Shown here piece by piece: positions 20,740 to 30,217 of a DNA stretch of 64,000 bases (positions within the stretch are counted from its first letter, which is position 1; every line of letters begins with the position of its first letter). A model generated the notes under the pieces. That model had not been told where the DNA came from. It saw only the letters and a program-made list of their open reading frames with translations, and did no database searches. The translations under genes were made by a program, and so were the position numbers. Source of the DNA: an uncultured Actinomycetes bacterium (GTDB lineage Bacteria; Actinomycetota; Thermoleophilia; UBA2241); NCBI GenBank assembly GCA_963767005.1, contig CAVYCN010000002.1:608001-672000 (forward strand), in the 5' to 3' direction.

Positions 20740-21273
20740 CTACCTCACCCGGGTCACGAAGTCGGGCTTGCGCGGGGCCGGCTCGGGCAGCTCGCCGTCG
20801 GGATAGCCCAGGATGCAGGCCCCGACGCCGACGTAGTCGCCGACGATGCCCCACGCGCGCAAGAGGGCCTTGCCCTCGTCGGTCTCGAACATCTGCCGCT
20901 CGCGGTTGACCCAGCACGAGCCGAGACCGAGCGAGTGGGCTGCGTTGAACATGTTGCCGAGGGCCAGCGCGGCGTCTTCGACGGGCGTCGACACCGTGCG
21001 GTCGGCCAGCACGAGCACGATGGTCGGCGCCCCATAGTACGGGTCGTCGTCGCTCGGGCGCACGTCACGGTTCATGCGGCTGAGCCGCGCCCTCGTGGCG
21101 ACGTCCTGCACCACGACGAACCGCGCCGACTGGCGGTTGTTGCCGCTCGGCGCGTACATGCCGGCCCGCAGCACGGCCTCGAGCTCGTCGTCGCGGATCT
21201 GGTCCGGCCTGAAGCGCCGCACGCTCCGCCTGCCGAGCAGGGTCCCGATCGTCTCGTTCATCAGCCTGGTCAT
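20740..21273 (-). CDS. Nitroreductase-family protein
   Basis: RRSVRRF, APSGNNRQ, AAHSLGLGSCW motifs. Confidence 0.92.
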   Translation of the reverse strand: MTRLMNETIGTLLGRRSVRRFRPDQIRDDELEAVLRAGMYAPSGNNRQSARFVVVQDVATRARLSRMNRDVRPSDDDPYYGAPTIVLVLADRTVSTPVEDAALALGNMFNAAHSLGLGSCWVNRERQMFETDEGKALLRAWGIVGDYVGVGACILGYPDGELPEPAPRKPDFVTRVR

Positions 21274-21425
21274 GGTTTCACGATATACCCTGGCAAGATA
21301 CATCGCATCAGCCAATCTGATTGAATCTCCCGGCCGAACGGGTACACTCATGAGCACCGCCCCGGCCCGTCGCGACCGCTCCGTGCGCCGGGACGGGCAT
21401 CGCCGCAATCACGACTATCGATGAG

Positions 21426-21926
21426 GTGTCCATGACGTCTACCGCCGCACGGGCAAGCCTGGCGAGCGACATCGCCGACAACTTGCGCCGGGTCTACGCC
21501 ACCCTTCAGCACTTCAACGTGCCGACCTGGCTCGAGCTCGACCTCACGATGGCGCAGTTCAAGGCGCTCGTCGCGGTGCAGCGCCACCCGGACACCTCGC
21601 TGTCCGAGGTCGGCCGCCGGCTGTCGATCGGCGAGTCGGCCGCGAGCCTGCTGGTCGACCAGCTCGTGCGCCGCGGCTACGTCGAGCGGGGCACCGACCC
21701 CGACGACCGCCGGCGCGTGCGCCTGAACGCAAGCGAGCACGGCCGGCGCCAGCTCGACGAGCTCCGACAAGTCAGCGGCGCGACGGTCGCGGCCTGGCTC
21801 GTCGGCCTGGCCGACGACGACCTCGAGGCGCTCGCGCGCGGGTTGCGGGCCCTGGCCGTCACGGTCGGACCGGCGGTCACCGACGACAGATCCCCACACG
21901 ACGAACGACAGGGTGTGACGGCATGA
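21426..21926 (+). CDS. MarR-family regulator
   Basis: LTMAQFKAL...VDQLVRRGYVER...DRRRV. Confidence 0.9.
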   Translation: MSMTSTAARASLASDIADNLRRVYATLQHFNVPTWLELDLTMAQFKALVAVQRHPDTSLSEVGRRLSIGESAASLLVDQLVRRGYVERGTDPDDRRRVRLNASEHGRRQLDELRQVSGATVAAWLVGLADDDLEALARGLRALAVTVGPAVTDDRSPHDERQGVTA

Positions 21927-23737
21927 CGACAGATGATCGACAGGCGACGACCTACGGCCCCGTCGCCCCGCCCGGGAGCGACGCGCGACCGCCGCGCGGC
22001 GCGGCCGGCCCGCGGCGCCACGTGGCCTACAAATGGGTCGTCCTCTCGTGCACGACCTTCGGCGTGCTCATGGCCATGATCAACGCCTCGAGCCTGCTGA
22101 TCGCTCTGCCGGCGATCTTCCGCGGCATCGGTCTGAACCCGCTCGACGCCGGCAACTTCACCTATCTCCTCTGGATCCTGATGGGCTACGGCCTGGTCGC
22201 GGCGGCCCTCGTCGTGACCGCCGGACGGATCGGCGACATGTACGGCCGCGTACGCATGTTCAAGTTCGGCTTCGTGATCTTCACGGCGGCCGCGCTCGGC
22301 CTGACGCTCATCTGGAGCAGAGGCGCGGCCGGGGCCACCGAGATCATCGCCTTCCGCATGGTCCAGGCGGTGGGCGGCTCCATGATGATGGCCAACTCGG
22401 CCGCGATCATCACCGACGCGTTCCCCCACGACCAGCGCGGCATGGCACTCGGCATCAACGGTGTGTCCATGCTGGCCGGCTCCTTCATCGGCCTGATCGC
22501 GGGCGGTGTGCTCGCGGCTGTCGATTGGCGCCTGGTCTTCGCCATCAACGTGCCGATCGGCCTGATCGGCATCCTCTGGGCCTTCTGGCAGCTCCACGAG
22601 ATCGGCGAGCGCCACCGCGCCCGCATCGACTGGGCCGGCAATCTCACCTTCGCCGCCGGCCTCGCCATGGTGCTCACCGGCATCACCTACGGGATCAAGC
22701 CTTACGGCGCCTCGAACATGGGTTGGGCGAACCCCTTCGTGATCGGCATGATCGCCGGCGGCATCGCGGTGCTCGTCGCCTTCGTCTTCGTCGAGCTGCG
22801 CATCGACCAGCCCATGTTCCATCTCGACCTGTTTCGCATCCGCGCCTTCGCCGCCGGCAACCTTGCCGTGGTGCTCTCCTCGCTCGCCCAGAGCGGCATG
22901 CAGTTCATGCTGATCATGTGGCTGCAGGGCATCTGGCTGCCGTTGCACGGCTACAGCTTCGAGCAGACTCCGCTCTGGGCCGGCATCTACATGCTGCCGC
23001 TCACCGTCGGCTTTCTCTGCGCCGGGCCACTGTCGGGCGTCCTGTCCGACCGCTACGGCGCGCGACCCTTCGCCACCGCGGGCATGCTCGTCGCCGCGGC
23101 CAGCTTCCTGCTGCTCATGACCCTGCCGGCGAACTTCGCCTACTGGACCTTCGCCGTCGTGCTCTTCTTGAACGGCATCTCGTTCGGCATGTTCGCGGCG
23201 CCCAACACGGCGGCCATCATGAACAGCGTGCCGGCCCGCGACCGCGGCGTCGCCTCGGGCATGCGGGCCACGTGCCAGATGCTCGGTCAACCCCTGTCGA
23301 TCGGCATCTTCTTCAGCCTCATGGTGGTCGGTCTCACAGCCCACGTACCGGCCGCGATGTACGCCGGCCTCACCGCCCAGCACGTGCCGGCCCAGGTCGC
23401 GACGCCGCTCTCGCACATGCCGCCCACCGGCTACCTGTTCGCCGCCTTCCTGGGCTTCAACCCGCTCAAGCAGCTCCTCGGCGTGCACGTCCTGCACCTT
23501 GTGCCGGTGGCAAGCGCCCACGTGCTCGTGAGCAAGGCCTTCTTCCCCATGCTCATCGCCAAGCCGTTCAAGGACGGCATCGTCGACGTGCTGATCTTCG
23601 CCGCCGCCATGTGCGCGGTCGCGGCCCTGGCGTCGTGGCTGCGAGGCGGCAAGTTCGTGCATCACGAGGCACTCGCCGCCCACGGCCACGAGCATCACCG
23701 CGTCGCCGAGAGCGCCGGCGAGCCCACGCAGGGCTGA
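21923..23737 (+). CDS. MFS transporter (DHA2/EmrB-like)
   Basis: GRIGDMYGR motif A, FRMVQAVGG, 14-TM pattern; translationally coupled to the MarR gene. Confidence 0.92.
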   Translation: MTTDDRQATTYGPVAPPGSDARPPRGAAGPRRHVAYKWVVLSCTTFGVLMAMINASSLLIALPAIFRGIGLNPLDAGNFTYLLWILMGYGLVAAALVVTAGRIGDMYGRVRMFKFGFVIFTAAALGLTLIWSRGAAGATEIIAFRMVQAVGGSMMMANSAAIITDAFPHDQRGMALGINGVSMLAGSFIGLIAGGVLAAVDWRLVFAINVPIGLIGILWAFWQLHEIGERHRARIDWAGNLTFAAGLAMVLTGITYGIKPYGASNMGWANPFVIGMIAGGIAVLVAFVFVELRIDQPMFHLDLFRIRAFAAGNLAVVLSSLAQSGMQFMLIMWLQGIWLPLHGYSFEQTPLWAGIYMLPLTVGFLCAGPLSGVLSDRYGARPFATAGMLVAAASFLLLMTLPANFAYWTFAVVLFLNGISFGMFAAPNTAAIMNSVPARDRGVASGMRATCQMLGQPLSIGIFFSLMVVGLTAHVPAAMYAGLTAQHVPAQVATPLSHMPPTGYLFAAFLGFNPLKQLLGVHVLHLVPVASAHVLVSKAFFPMLIAKPFKDGIVDVLIFAAAMCAVAALASWLRGGKFVHHEALAAHGHEHHRVAESAGEPTQG

Positions 23738-23788
23738 CCCCGTCGTCGGCGCGGGCCGCCGCCCCGCCGGCACCGACACGCGACGCGC

Positions 23789-23844
23789 GGCGCCGGCGGG
23801 CGGTGGCGACCGGTGTCCACCGGTCGCCACCGCCCGCCGGCGCC
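23789..23844. terminator. 27-bp perfect inverted repeat (terminator-like hairpin)
   Basis: GGCGCCGGCGGGCGGTGGCGACCGGTG-TC-CACCGGTCGCCACCGCCCGCCGGCGCC downstream of the MFS gene. Confidence 0.7.
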
Positions 23845-23956
23845 TCCGGATGGTCGCCCACGGCCTCTAGACAGACGTCCCTGTCTGCGAATCTGGCAAC
23901 GGGGCAGGCTGGTTGCGAACAGAGTCCCGGATACCGAGGAGGAGGTGATCATCCAC

Positions 23957-24361
23957 ATGAAGCGTCTCGCCGCAGATCAGCGAGGGTTCACGCTGATCGA
24001 GCTCCTCATCGTCATCATCATCATCGGCATCCTCGCCGCGATCGCCATCCCGATGTTCCTGAACCAGCGCGGCAAGGCCAAGGACGCCGCCCTCAAGGAC
24101 AGCCTCCACAGCATCCAGATCGGCGTCCAGAGCTACGCGCTCGACAACAGCGATACCTACCCGCCGTCGGTCGCCACGAGTGCCACACTCGTCGACCCGA
24201 CCGGCAAGGCCTATGTCGACAACTGGCCGAAGAACCCGTTCACCAACCTGCCCATGAAGGACAGCTCGTCCCAGGGCGACTACACCTACTCCAAGCCGAC
24301 CAGCAACAGCTACCGGCTCGTCGGCCACGCCTCGAACGGCATCGACATCACGGTGCCCTGA
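23957..24361 (+). CDS. Type IV major pilin / PulG-like pseudopilin
   Basis: QRGFTLIELLIVIIIIGILAAIAIP; very strong GAGGAGGAGGTG RBS. Confidence 0.93.
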   Translation: MKRLAADQRGFTLIELLIVIIIIGILAAIAIPMFLNQRGKAKDAALKDSLHSIQIGVQSYALDNSDTYPPSVATSATLVDPTGKAYVDNWPKNPFTNLPMKDSSSQGDYTYSKPTSNSYRLVGHASNGIDITVP

Positions 24362-24381
24362 CCTGCAGCGACATCCCATGC

Positions 24382-24427
24382 AGACGACGAGGGGCCGGCC
24401 CCTGACGGGGCCGGCCCCTCGTCGTCT
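24382..24427. terminator. Bidirectional hairpin terminator
   Basis: 21-bp perfect stem AGACGACGAGGGGCCGGCCCC-TGAC-GGGGCCGGCCCCTCGTCGTCT between convergent genes. Confidence 0.8.
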
Positions 24428-24429
24428 CG

Positions 24430-25638
24430 TCAGGCCCGTCCCGGCAGGTTCCAGACCGTGCCCGGCGGCGCGGCGGCGGGGCGCGGCAGCAGCGCCGCGA
24501 GCGCCGCGACCGCCAGCGGCAGGGCGGCGATCACGTAGACCACGGCGACCGGTCCGGCGGCGTCGCCGAGCACGCCGAGCAGCGCCACGATCAGCCCGCC
24601 GACGCCGCTCGTGAAACCGATGGTGAGGCCCGTGGCGAGGCCCATGTGCCGCGGCAGGTACTCCTGGGCGAGGACGAGGGCGATGCCGACGTTGGTGTTC
24701 AGACAGAACCCCACGGGCACGGCGAGCACGAGGATCCCCGCGTACCCCAGGCTGGGGACCAGGGCCAGCAGAGGCAGCAGCACGAGCTGCGGCCAGATCA
24801 GCACCGCGCGCCTGCCGAACCGCTGAGCGGCGATGCCGCCGGCCAGCGTGCCGAGCGCCTCGGCGCCGAGCAGCACGCCGGTGACGACGGTGCTCCAGCC
24901 CGGCGAAACGCCGCGCGTGCGCTCGAGGAACAGCGGCACGTAGGTGAGCAGGCCGATACTGACGCTGCCGGCGACGCAGAACTGCGCGAGCAGTAGACCG
25001 AACGGCCGCCACTCCGAGACGAGCGCCTCGACCGGCCGGAACCCTCCGTCGTCGCCGGCACGAGCACGAAAGCGCGCCAGGCCGACGGTCACGGCGACAG
25101 CCGCGGCCGCCGGCACGAGCATCATGAGCGGCGTGCCGTGCAGGCCAAGGGGGAGCACGACCGCAAGCACGAGCGGCGTGCTGAGGGCGTAGCCCAGCGT
25201 GCCGCCGACCGAGAAGACGCTCATGTCGGCGGCGACGCGCTCCCCGGACGCGAACCGGGCCCAGCGAGCTCCCTCTGGGTGGTACGCCGCGACTCCGGCG
25301 CTGCAGACCACGACGGCGAGGAGCGTGAGTGGGAAGCTCGGCGTCAGCCCGACCGTGCCGACACCGACGGCGGCGAGCGCGAGGCCGACCGGCAACAGCC
25401 ATCGTGCCCTGCCGCTGCGGCTGTCGCCGTGCACGCCGACCGTGGGCTGCACCAGAGCGGTCGCGAGGCTGCCGACGAGGGCGAAGATGCCGGCCTGGCT
25501 CAAGCTGTAGTGGCGCGCGCCGGCGAGCGACGGCAGGAGCGCGAACAGGCCGCCGGAGCAGAGGTCGACGCTGCCGTGCCCGAGGGCGAGCGCGAGCAGG
25601 GTGGGCCGCGAGGCCGCGCGCGCGGCGACGACGCTCAC
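24430..25638 (-). CDS. MFS transporter (Fsr-like)
   Basis: LGHGSVD, AAYHPEG, FSVGGTLG, LAQEYLP motifs of fosmidomycin-resistance-type MFS proteins. Confidence 0.88.
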   Translation of the reverse strand: MSVVAARAASRPTLLALALGHGSVDLCSGGLFALLPSLAGARHYSLSQAGIFALVGSLATALVQPTVGVHGDSRSGRARWLLPVGLALAAVGVGTVGLTPSFPLTLLAVVVCSAGVAAYHPEGARWARFASGERVAADMSVFSVGGTLGYALSTPLVLAVVLPLGLHGTPLMMLVPAAAAVAVTVGLARFRARAGDDGGFRPVEALVSEWRPFGLLLAQFCVAGSVSIGLLTYVPLFLERTRGVSPGWSTVVTGVLLGAEALGTLAGGIAAQRFGRRAVLIWPQLVLLPLLALVPSLGYAGILVLAVPVGFCLNTNVGIALVLAQEYLPRHMGLATGLTIGFTSGVGGLIVALLGVLGDAAGPVAVVYVIAALPLAVAALAALLPRPAAAPPGTVWNLPGRA

Positions 25639-25840
25639 CGGCGCTCGCGGCGCCGACCGCCGTCCGGCCGGGCGCCCGTCACGCCGTGTCCCTGTGCTGC
25701 GCTCCGACCCATCCCGCCCGGCACTCTATCACCGCCGCGTGGCCGGCTCTCGCCCCGCCGGCGGACGTTCCGTATCCCCTGCACCACACCTGCTATGACA
25801 GAATGGAGCCACCGAAGAACGGACCGAGGAGGGGTCGACC

Positions 25841-27445
25841 GTGCGTCAGCGCTGCGCGTTGCTTTCCGTCTACGACAAGACCGGCATCGAGGACTTCGCC
25901 CGGACCCTGACCGAGTCGGGCTTTCGCATCTACGCCTCGGGCGGCACCGCGCGCACGCTGGCGGCCGCGGGCATCGACACGACCGACGTCGCGACCCTCG
26001 TCGGCGGCGCCGCGATCCTCGGCCACCGCGTCGTCACGCTGTCGCGCGAGGTCCACGCCGGCCTGCTCGCCCGGCCGGTGCCCGAGGACTTGGCCGAGCT
26101 CGACGCGCTCGGAGTGCCGTTCATCGACCTCGTCTGCGTCGACCTCTACCCGCTCACGGCCGAGATCGCACGGCCCGACGCCACGACTGCATCGGTGATC
26201 GAGAAGACCGACATCGGCGGGCCCACCATGCTGCGCTCGGCGGCCAAGGGGCGACGCATCGTGGTCAGCCTGCCCGAGCAGCGCGCCGCGGTGCTCGCCT
26301 GGCTCGCCGCCGGCGAGCCCGACGCCGACGCCTTCCGCAACGACCTGGCGGCGCGTGCCGAGGCGGTGGTCGCCGACTACTGCCTGGCGTCGGCCCGTTA
26401 TCACTCGGACGGCCGTTTCGACGGCGTCGTGGCCCAGGCCGCGCAGACCCTCAAGTACGGCGAGAACGCGCCCCAGGCGCCCGCCCACCTCCTGACCGTG
26501 CCCACCGGCGACCCGCTCGCGCTCGACCGGCTGACGCTGCTGGCCGGCACCGCGCCGAGCTACAACAACCTCGCCGAGGTCGCCCGCCAGATCCAGACCG
26601 TGACCCACGTCGCCGCCGGCTTCGAGCGCAACTTCGGCGCCGTACCCTGCATCGCGCTCGGCACCAAGCACGGCAACGCCTGCGGCGCGGCGGCGGGCGA
26701 CGACCCCATCGACGTCGTGCGCACGATGGTGATGGGCGACCCCCGCGCCATCTTCGGCGGCCTCGTCATGCTCAACTTCGCGGTGACCGAGGAGATCGCC
26801 GGCGAGCTGCTCACCTGGGGCGTGAGCGAGGGCCGCCGCGTGCTCGACGCCGTGACCGCACCGGCGTTCGAGCCCGCCGCCGTGCAGCTGCTGTCGCGCA
26901 AGGGCGACAAGTGCCGGTTCCTGGTAAGCGAGGCCCTGGGCTCGCTCGGCGTGGCGTCGCTCGACGCGACGCCGATGCTGCGCCAGGTGCGCGGCGGGTT
27001 CCTGCGTCAGCCCAACTACACGTTCGTGCCCGACCTGGCTGCCCCCGAGGTTGCCCGCATCGGCGAGCTCAGCGACGCGCAGCGCCGCGACCTCGTCCTG
27101 GCCTGGGCGATCTGCGCCACGTCGAACTCGAACACGGTCACCCTCGTGCGCGAGGCCGGCCTGATCGGCAACGGCGTCGGCCAGCAGGACCGCGTCGGCT
27201 GCTGTGAGCTCGCCCTCAAGCGCGCGGCCGACGCCGGCCACGACGCGGCCGGCGCGATCGCGGCGAGCGACAGCTTCTTCCCGCGCTCGGACGGCCCGCA
27301 GACCCTGATCGACGCCGGCGTCGCCGCCATCTGGGCGACCTCGGGCTCGGTGCGCGACGGCGAGACGCAGGACCTCTGCCGCGCGCGCGGAGTGGCGCTC
27401 TGGCAGGTGCCCGACGCGGTCGGCCGCGGCTTCTTCGGGCATTAG
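25841..27445 (+). CDS. purH: Bifunctional AICAR transformylase/IMP cyclohydrolase (divergent)
   Basis: ALLSVYDKTGI, SGGTA, DIGGPTMLRSAAK, LKYGENAPQ, SYNN, KHGNACG, GVGQQDRV, ASDSFFP. Confidence 0.9.
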   Translation: MRQRCALLSVYDKTGIEDFARTLTESGFRIYASGGTARTLAAAGIDTTDVATLVGGAAILGHRVVTLSREVHAGLLARPVPEDLAELDALGVPFIDLVCVDLYPLTAEIARPDATTASVIEKTDIGGPTMLRSAAKGRRIVVSLPEQRAAVLAWLAAGEPDADAFRNDLAARAEAVVADYCLASARYHSDGRFDGVVAQAAQTLKYGENAPQAPAHLLTVPTGDPLALDRLTLLAGTAPSYNNLAEVARQIQTVTHVAAGFERNFGAVPCIALGTKHGNACGAAAGDDPIDVVRTMVMGDPRAIFGGLVMLNFAVTEEIAGELLTWGVSEGRRVLDAVTAPAFEPAAVQLLSRKGDKCRFLVSEALGSLGVASLDATPMLRQVRGGFLRQPNYTFVPDLAAPEVARIGELSDAQRRDLVLAWAICATSNSNTVTLVREAGLIGNGVGQQDRVGCCELALKRAADAGHDAAGAIAASDSFFPRSDGPQTLIDAGVAAIWATSGSVRDGETQDLCRARGVALWQVPDAVGRGFFGH

Positions 27446-27622
27446 GCCACGCAGGCCTGAGCGTCGACGACGTCGTCGCCTGACGGCGTGATCGCGCCGC
27501 CCTGCGCGGGTCACGACCCGCGCAGGGCGGCCGACAGGCTCACCTGATGTGAAGAGCGGCCGACGTTCGGCCGACCCGCGCCGTCCGGGGGTGGTCCGGT
27601 TGGGTCTTCGTCGGCGCGTCCG

Positions 27623-27925
27623 TCACGAACTGTGGGCCCGATAGAAGCTCTCGAGCCGGTCGCCCTCGTCGCGGCTGAGCATGCCCTTCGCCTTGAACGA
27701 CGGGGCGCTGTCGATGAACGCGCTCCCGTGCGGCACCACGACCTTGCCGCCCGGCGTCTCGACGACGTCCATCGGCACGAGCAGGTCGCGTGCCAGGAAG
27801 CGTGAGATGACGAGGTAGGTACGGTCGGTCGCATCGTCGCCGATCAGGGCCCTGATCTTGCCGAGCTTGGCGCCGTCACGCGAGAACGCTTCCAGCCCCA
27901 CCAGCTCGTCGACAGCGGTCGTCAT
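27623..27925 (-). CDS. PRC-barrel domain protein
   Basis: LVGLEAFSRDGAKLGKI...LLVPM; AAAGGAGGAG RBS. Confidence 0.8.
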   Translation of the reverse strand: MTTAVDELVGLEAFSRDGAKLGKIRALIGDDATDRTYLVISRFLARDLLVPMDVVETPGGKVVVPHGSAFIDSAPSFKAKGMLSRDEGDRLESFYRAHSS

Positions 27926-28157
27926 GACCGGTCTCCTCCTTTCCGCGCGGCCCGGCGGCGTGCGCCGCGGACCGTCGTCGGCTCGTCTGACCGTACCGTG
28001 ACTGTACGAAGGGACGCCGCGCGACACATCGCCCGAAGGGCGCATCTTCGGGTCGGTCAGCCGACCGAGGCGACCGGCGGCGCTCGAGGGCGTAAGCTGG
28101 CCCCCGCGGCTCTTGTCGCGTGAGCGCACGGCGCGAAAGACGGCGAGGAGGACGGAC

Positions 28158-29381
28158 GTGACAGACGAGCACCACACGGGACGTGACGCGGTGAGCGCGT
28201 TCGGCTCTTTCGAGCCGCCGCGGCGGACGCTGATGGGCCCCGGGCCCTCCAACGTCCACCCGCGCGTGCTGGCCGCCACGGCGCGCCCCACCATCGGGCA
28301 CCTCGACCCCGCCTTCGTCGCCATGATGGAAGAGGTCAAGGAGCTCCTGCGCTACGCGTTCCAGACCGGCAACGGCACGACGTTCCCCATCTCGGGCCCA
28401 GGCTCGGTGGGCATGGAGTCCTGCTTCGTCAATCTCGTGGAGCCGGACGACACGGTGGTCGTGTGCCGCAATGGGGCCTTCGGCGGCCGCATGGTCGAGA
28501 ACGTCGAGCGCTGCGGCGGCCGGGCCGTCGTCGTCGACGACGACTGGGGCCGCCCCGTGTCGCTCGACAAGGTCGCGGCCGCGCTCGACGCGCACCCCGC
28601 GGCACGGGTCGTCGCGTTCGTGCAGGCCGAGACCTCGACCGGGGCGCACACCGACCCCGGCCCCCTCGTGGCCCTCGCCCACGAGCACCGCTGCCTGACG
28701 ATCGTCGACACCGTGACGGCGCTGGGCGGCTGCCCTGTGAAGGTCGACGAGTGGGAGATCGACGCGGTCTATGCGGGGACGCAGAAGTGCCTGTCGTGCC
28801 CGCCCGGCCTTGCTCCGGTCAGCTTCGGCGAACGCGCCCTCGAGCGCGTCCGGGCGCGCACGACGCGCTGCCAGAGCTGGTTCATGGACCTCGACCTGCA
28901 GCTCGGCTACTGGGCCGCCGGCACGCGCACGTACCACCACACGGCGCCGGTGAACGCCCTCTACGGGCTGCACGAGGCGCTGCGCCTGCTCGCCGAGGAG
29001 GGCCTCGAGGCGGCCTGGGCGCGCCACCGTCGCAACCACGAGGCGCTCGTCGCCGGGTTCGAGGCCATGGGCCTGCGCCAGCACGTCGCGGCGGGCGACC
29101 GCCTGCCGCAGCTCAACCTCGTCGTGGTGCCCGAGGGCGTCGACGAGGCGGCCGTGCGGCGCCGCCTGCTCGACGACTTCGACCTCGAGGTGGGCGCCGG
29201 CCTGGGCACGCTGGCCGGCAAGGTCTGGCGCGTCGGTCTCATGGGCGAGACCTGTCGCCCGGAGACGGTGCTCCTGTGCCTCGATGCCTTCGAGCGCGTG
29301 CTCGTGTCGCTGGGCGCGTCGCTGCCGCAGGGCGCCGGCGTCGCCGCGGCCCGCGCGCTCCTGCCGACGCGGACCGGCTAG
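28158..29381 (+). CDS. Alanine-glyoxylate/serine-pyruvate aminotransferase (class V)
   Basis: LMGPGPSNV, AETSTG, GTQKCLSCPPG, YHHTAP. Confidence 0.93.
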   Translation: MTDEHHTGRDAVSAFGSFEPPRRTLMGPGPSNVHPRVLAATARPTIGHLDPAFVAMMEEVKELLRYAFQTGNGTTFPISGPGSVGMESCFVNLVEPDDTVVVCRNGAFGGRMVENVERCGGRAVVVDDDWGRPVSLDKVAAALDAHPAARVVAFVQAETSTGAHTDPGPLVALAHEHRCLTIVDTVTALGGCPVKVDEWEIDAVYAGTQKCLSCPPGLAPVSFGERALERVRARTTRCQSWFMDLDLQLGYWAAGTRTYHHTAPVNALYGLHEALRLLAEEGLEAAWARHRRNHEALVAGFEAMGLRQHVAAGDRLPQLNLVVVPEGVDEAAVRRRLLDDFDLEVGAGLGTLAGKVWRVGLMGETCRPETVLLCLDAFERVLVSLGASLPQGAGVAAARALLPTRTG

Positions 29382-29384
29382 CGC

Positions 29385-29423
29385 GCGGGGCGGGGCGCCC
29401 CGTCCCGGGGCGCCCCGCCCCGC
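29385..29423. terminator. Hairpin between convergent genes
   Basis: 18-bp stem GCGGGGCGGGGCGCCCCG-TCC-CGGGGCGCCCCGCCCCGC. Confidence 0.75.
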
Positions 29424-29427
29424 ACCG

Positions 29428-30144
29428 TCACTCGCTCGTCGGCAGGTGCACGTACATGGATTGCACGCCGACCCGTCCCGGCCCGCGGAAGCGGTTGAAC
29501 ATGAGCTGGCCGGCACCGCCGAAGATGCCGGTCTTCAAGCCGTAGACCGTCGGCTTCATCTGCACGCTGTGGTCGTGGTAGATCCAGCCGCCGGGCTCGA
29601 TGTCGATCTCCTCGCCCGCGCCGAGCACCTTCTCGAAGACGTTGCCGTAGCCGTGCAGCCAGACGACGCCCTCGCCCTGCGTCGCCGCGAAGGTGTCGAC
29701 GAAAAAGCCGCTGCCCCCGAAGAGCATGTTGCCGATGCCCTTGAGGCGCTGGAAGCTGAAGTCGACGTTGCCGGTGGCGCAGAGCATCTGATGCTCGCGC
29801 ACGACGACGCTCTGCCCCTGCTGCAGGTGCAGGGGGACGATGTGCCCGGCGCCGTCGCGTGAGAAGGCGATCTCGCCGGGTCCGCGGGCCTCGGTCATGA
29901 AGATCTGCATGCCGGACACCATGCGCTTGAAGGTGCCCTTCATCGCGCGGATGCCGATCTCGAGCTGGGGGCTCTTCCACAGCACGATGTGGTGCTCGAA
30001 ATACACCGGAGTCTGGCCGTTCAACGCGAGGTGGAGCACCGGTACGAGCTCGCCCTCGATGCGGTAGCCGATGCCGGCCGCCTGGCCGTCCTGCACCTGC
30101 GTGGGCAAGAGCATGGGTGGTGCGCCGCCGACGATCGTGCTCAC
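29428..30144 (-). CDS. AIM24-family protein
   Basis: Repeated GPG/GEG beta motifs (ARGPGEIAF, LFGGSGFF, FRGPGRVGVQS); GTG start after AAGGAGG. Confidence 0.85.
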   Translation of the reverse strand: MSTIVGGAPPMLLPTQVQDGQAAGIGYRIEGELVPVLHLALNGQTPVYFEHHIVLWKSPQLEIGIRAMKGTFKRMVSGMQIFMTEARGPGEIAFSRDGAGHIVPLHLQQGQSVVVREHQMLCATGNVDFSFQRLKGIGNMLFGGSGFFVDTFAATQGEGVVWLHGYGNVFEKVLGAGEEIDIEPGGWIYHDHSVQMKPTVYGLKTGIFGGAGQLMFNRFRGPGRVGVQSMYVHLPTSE

Positions 30145-30217
30145 AACGCCTCCTTGGATCGGGTCGTGCAACTGCTACGCCACGCGACTCCGACTACCTT
30201 CTTCGGGGGGCGATGGT

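Noticed and set aside
23890-23916. Sigma54 promoter upstream of the pilin gene (TGGCA...TTGC)
   Set aside because: The GG-N10-GC spacing is not met
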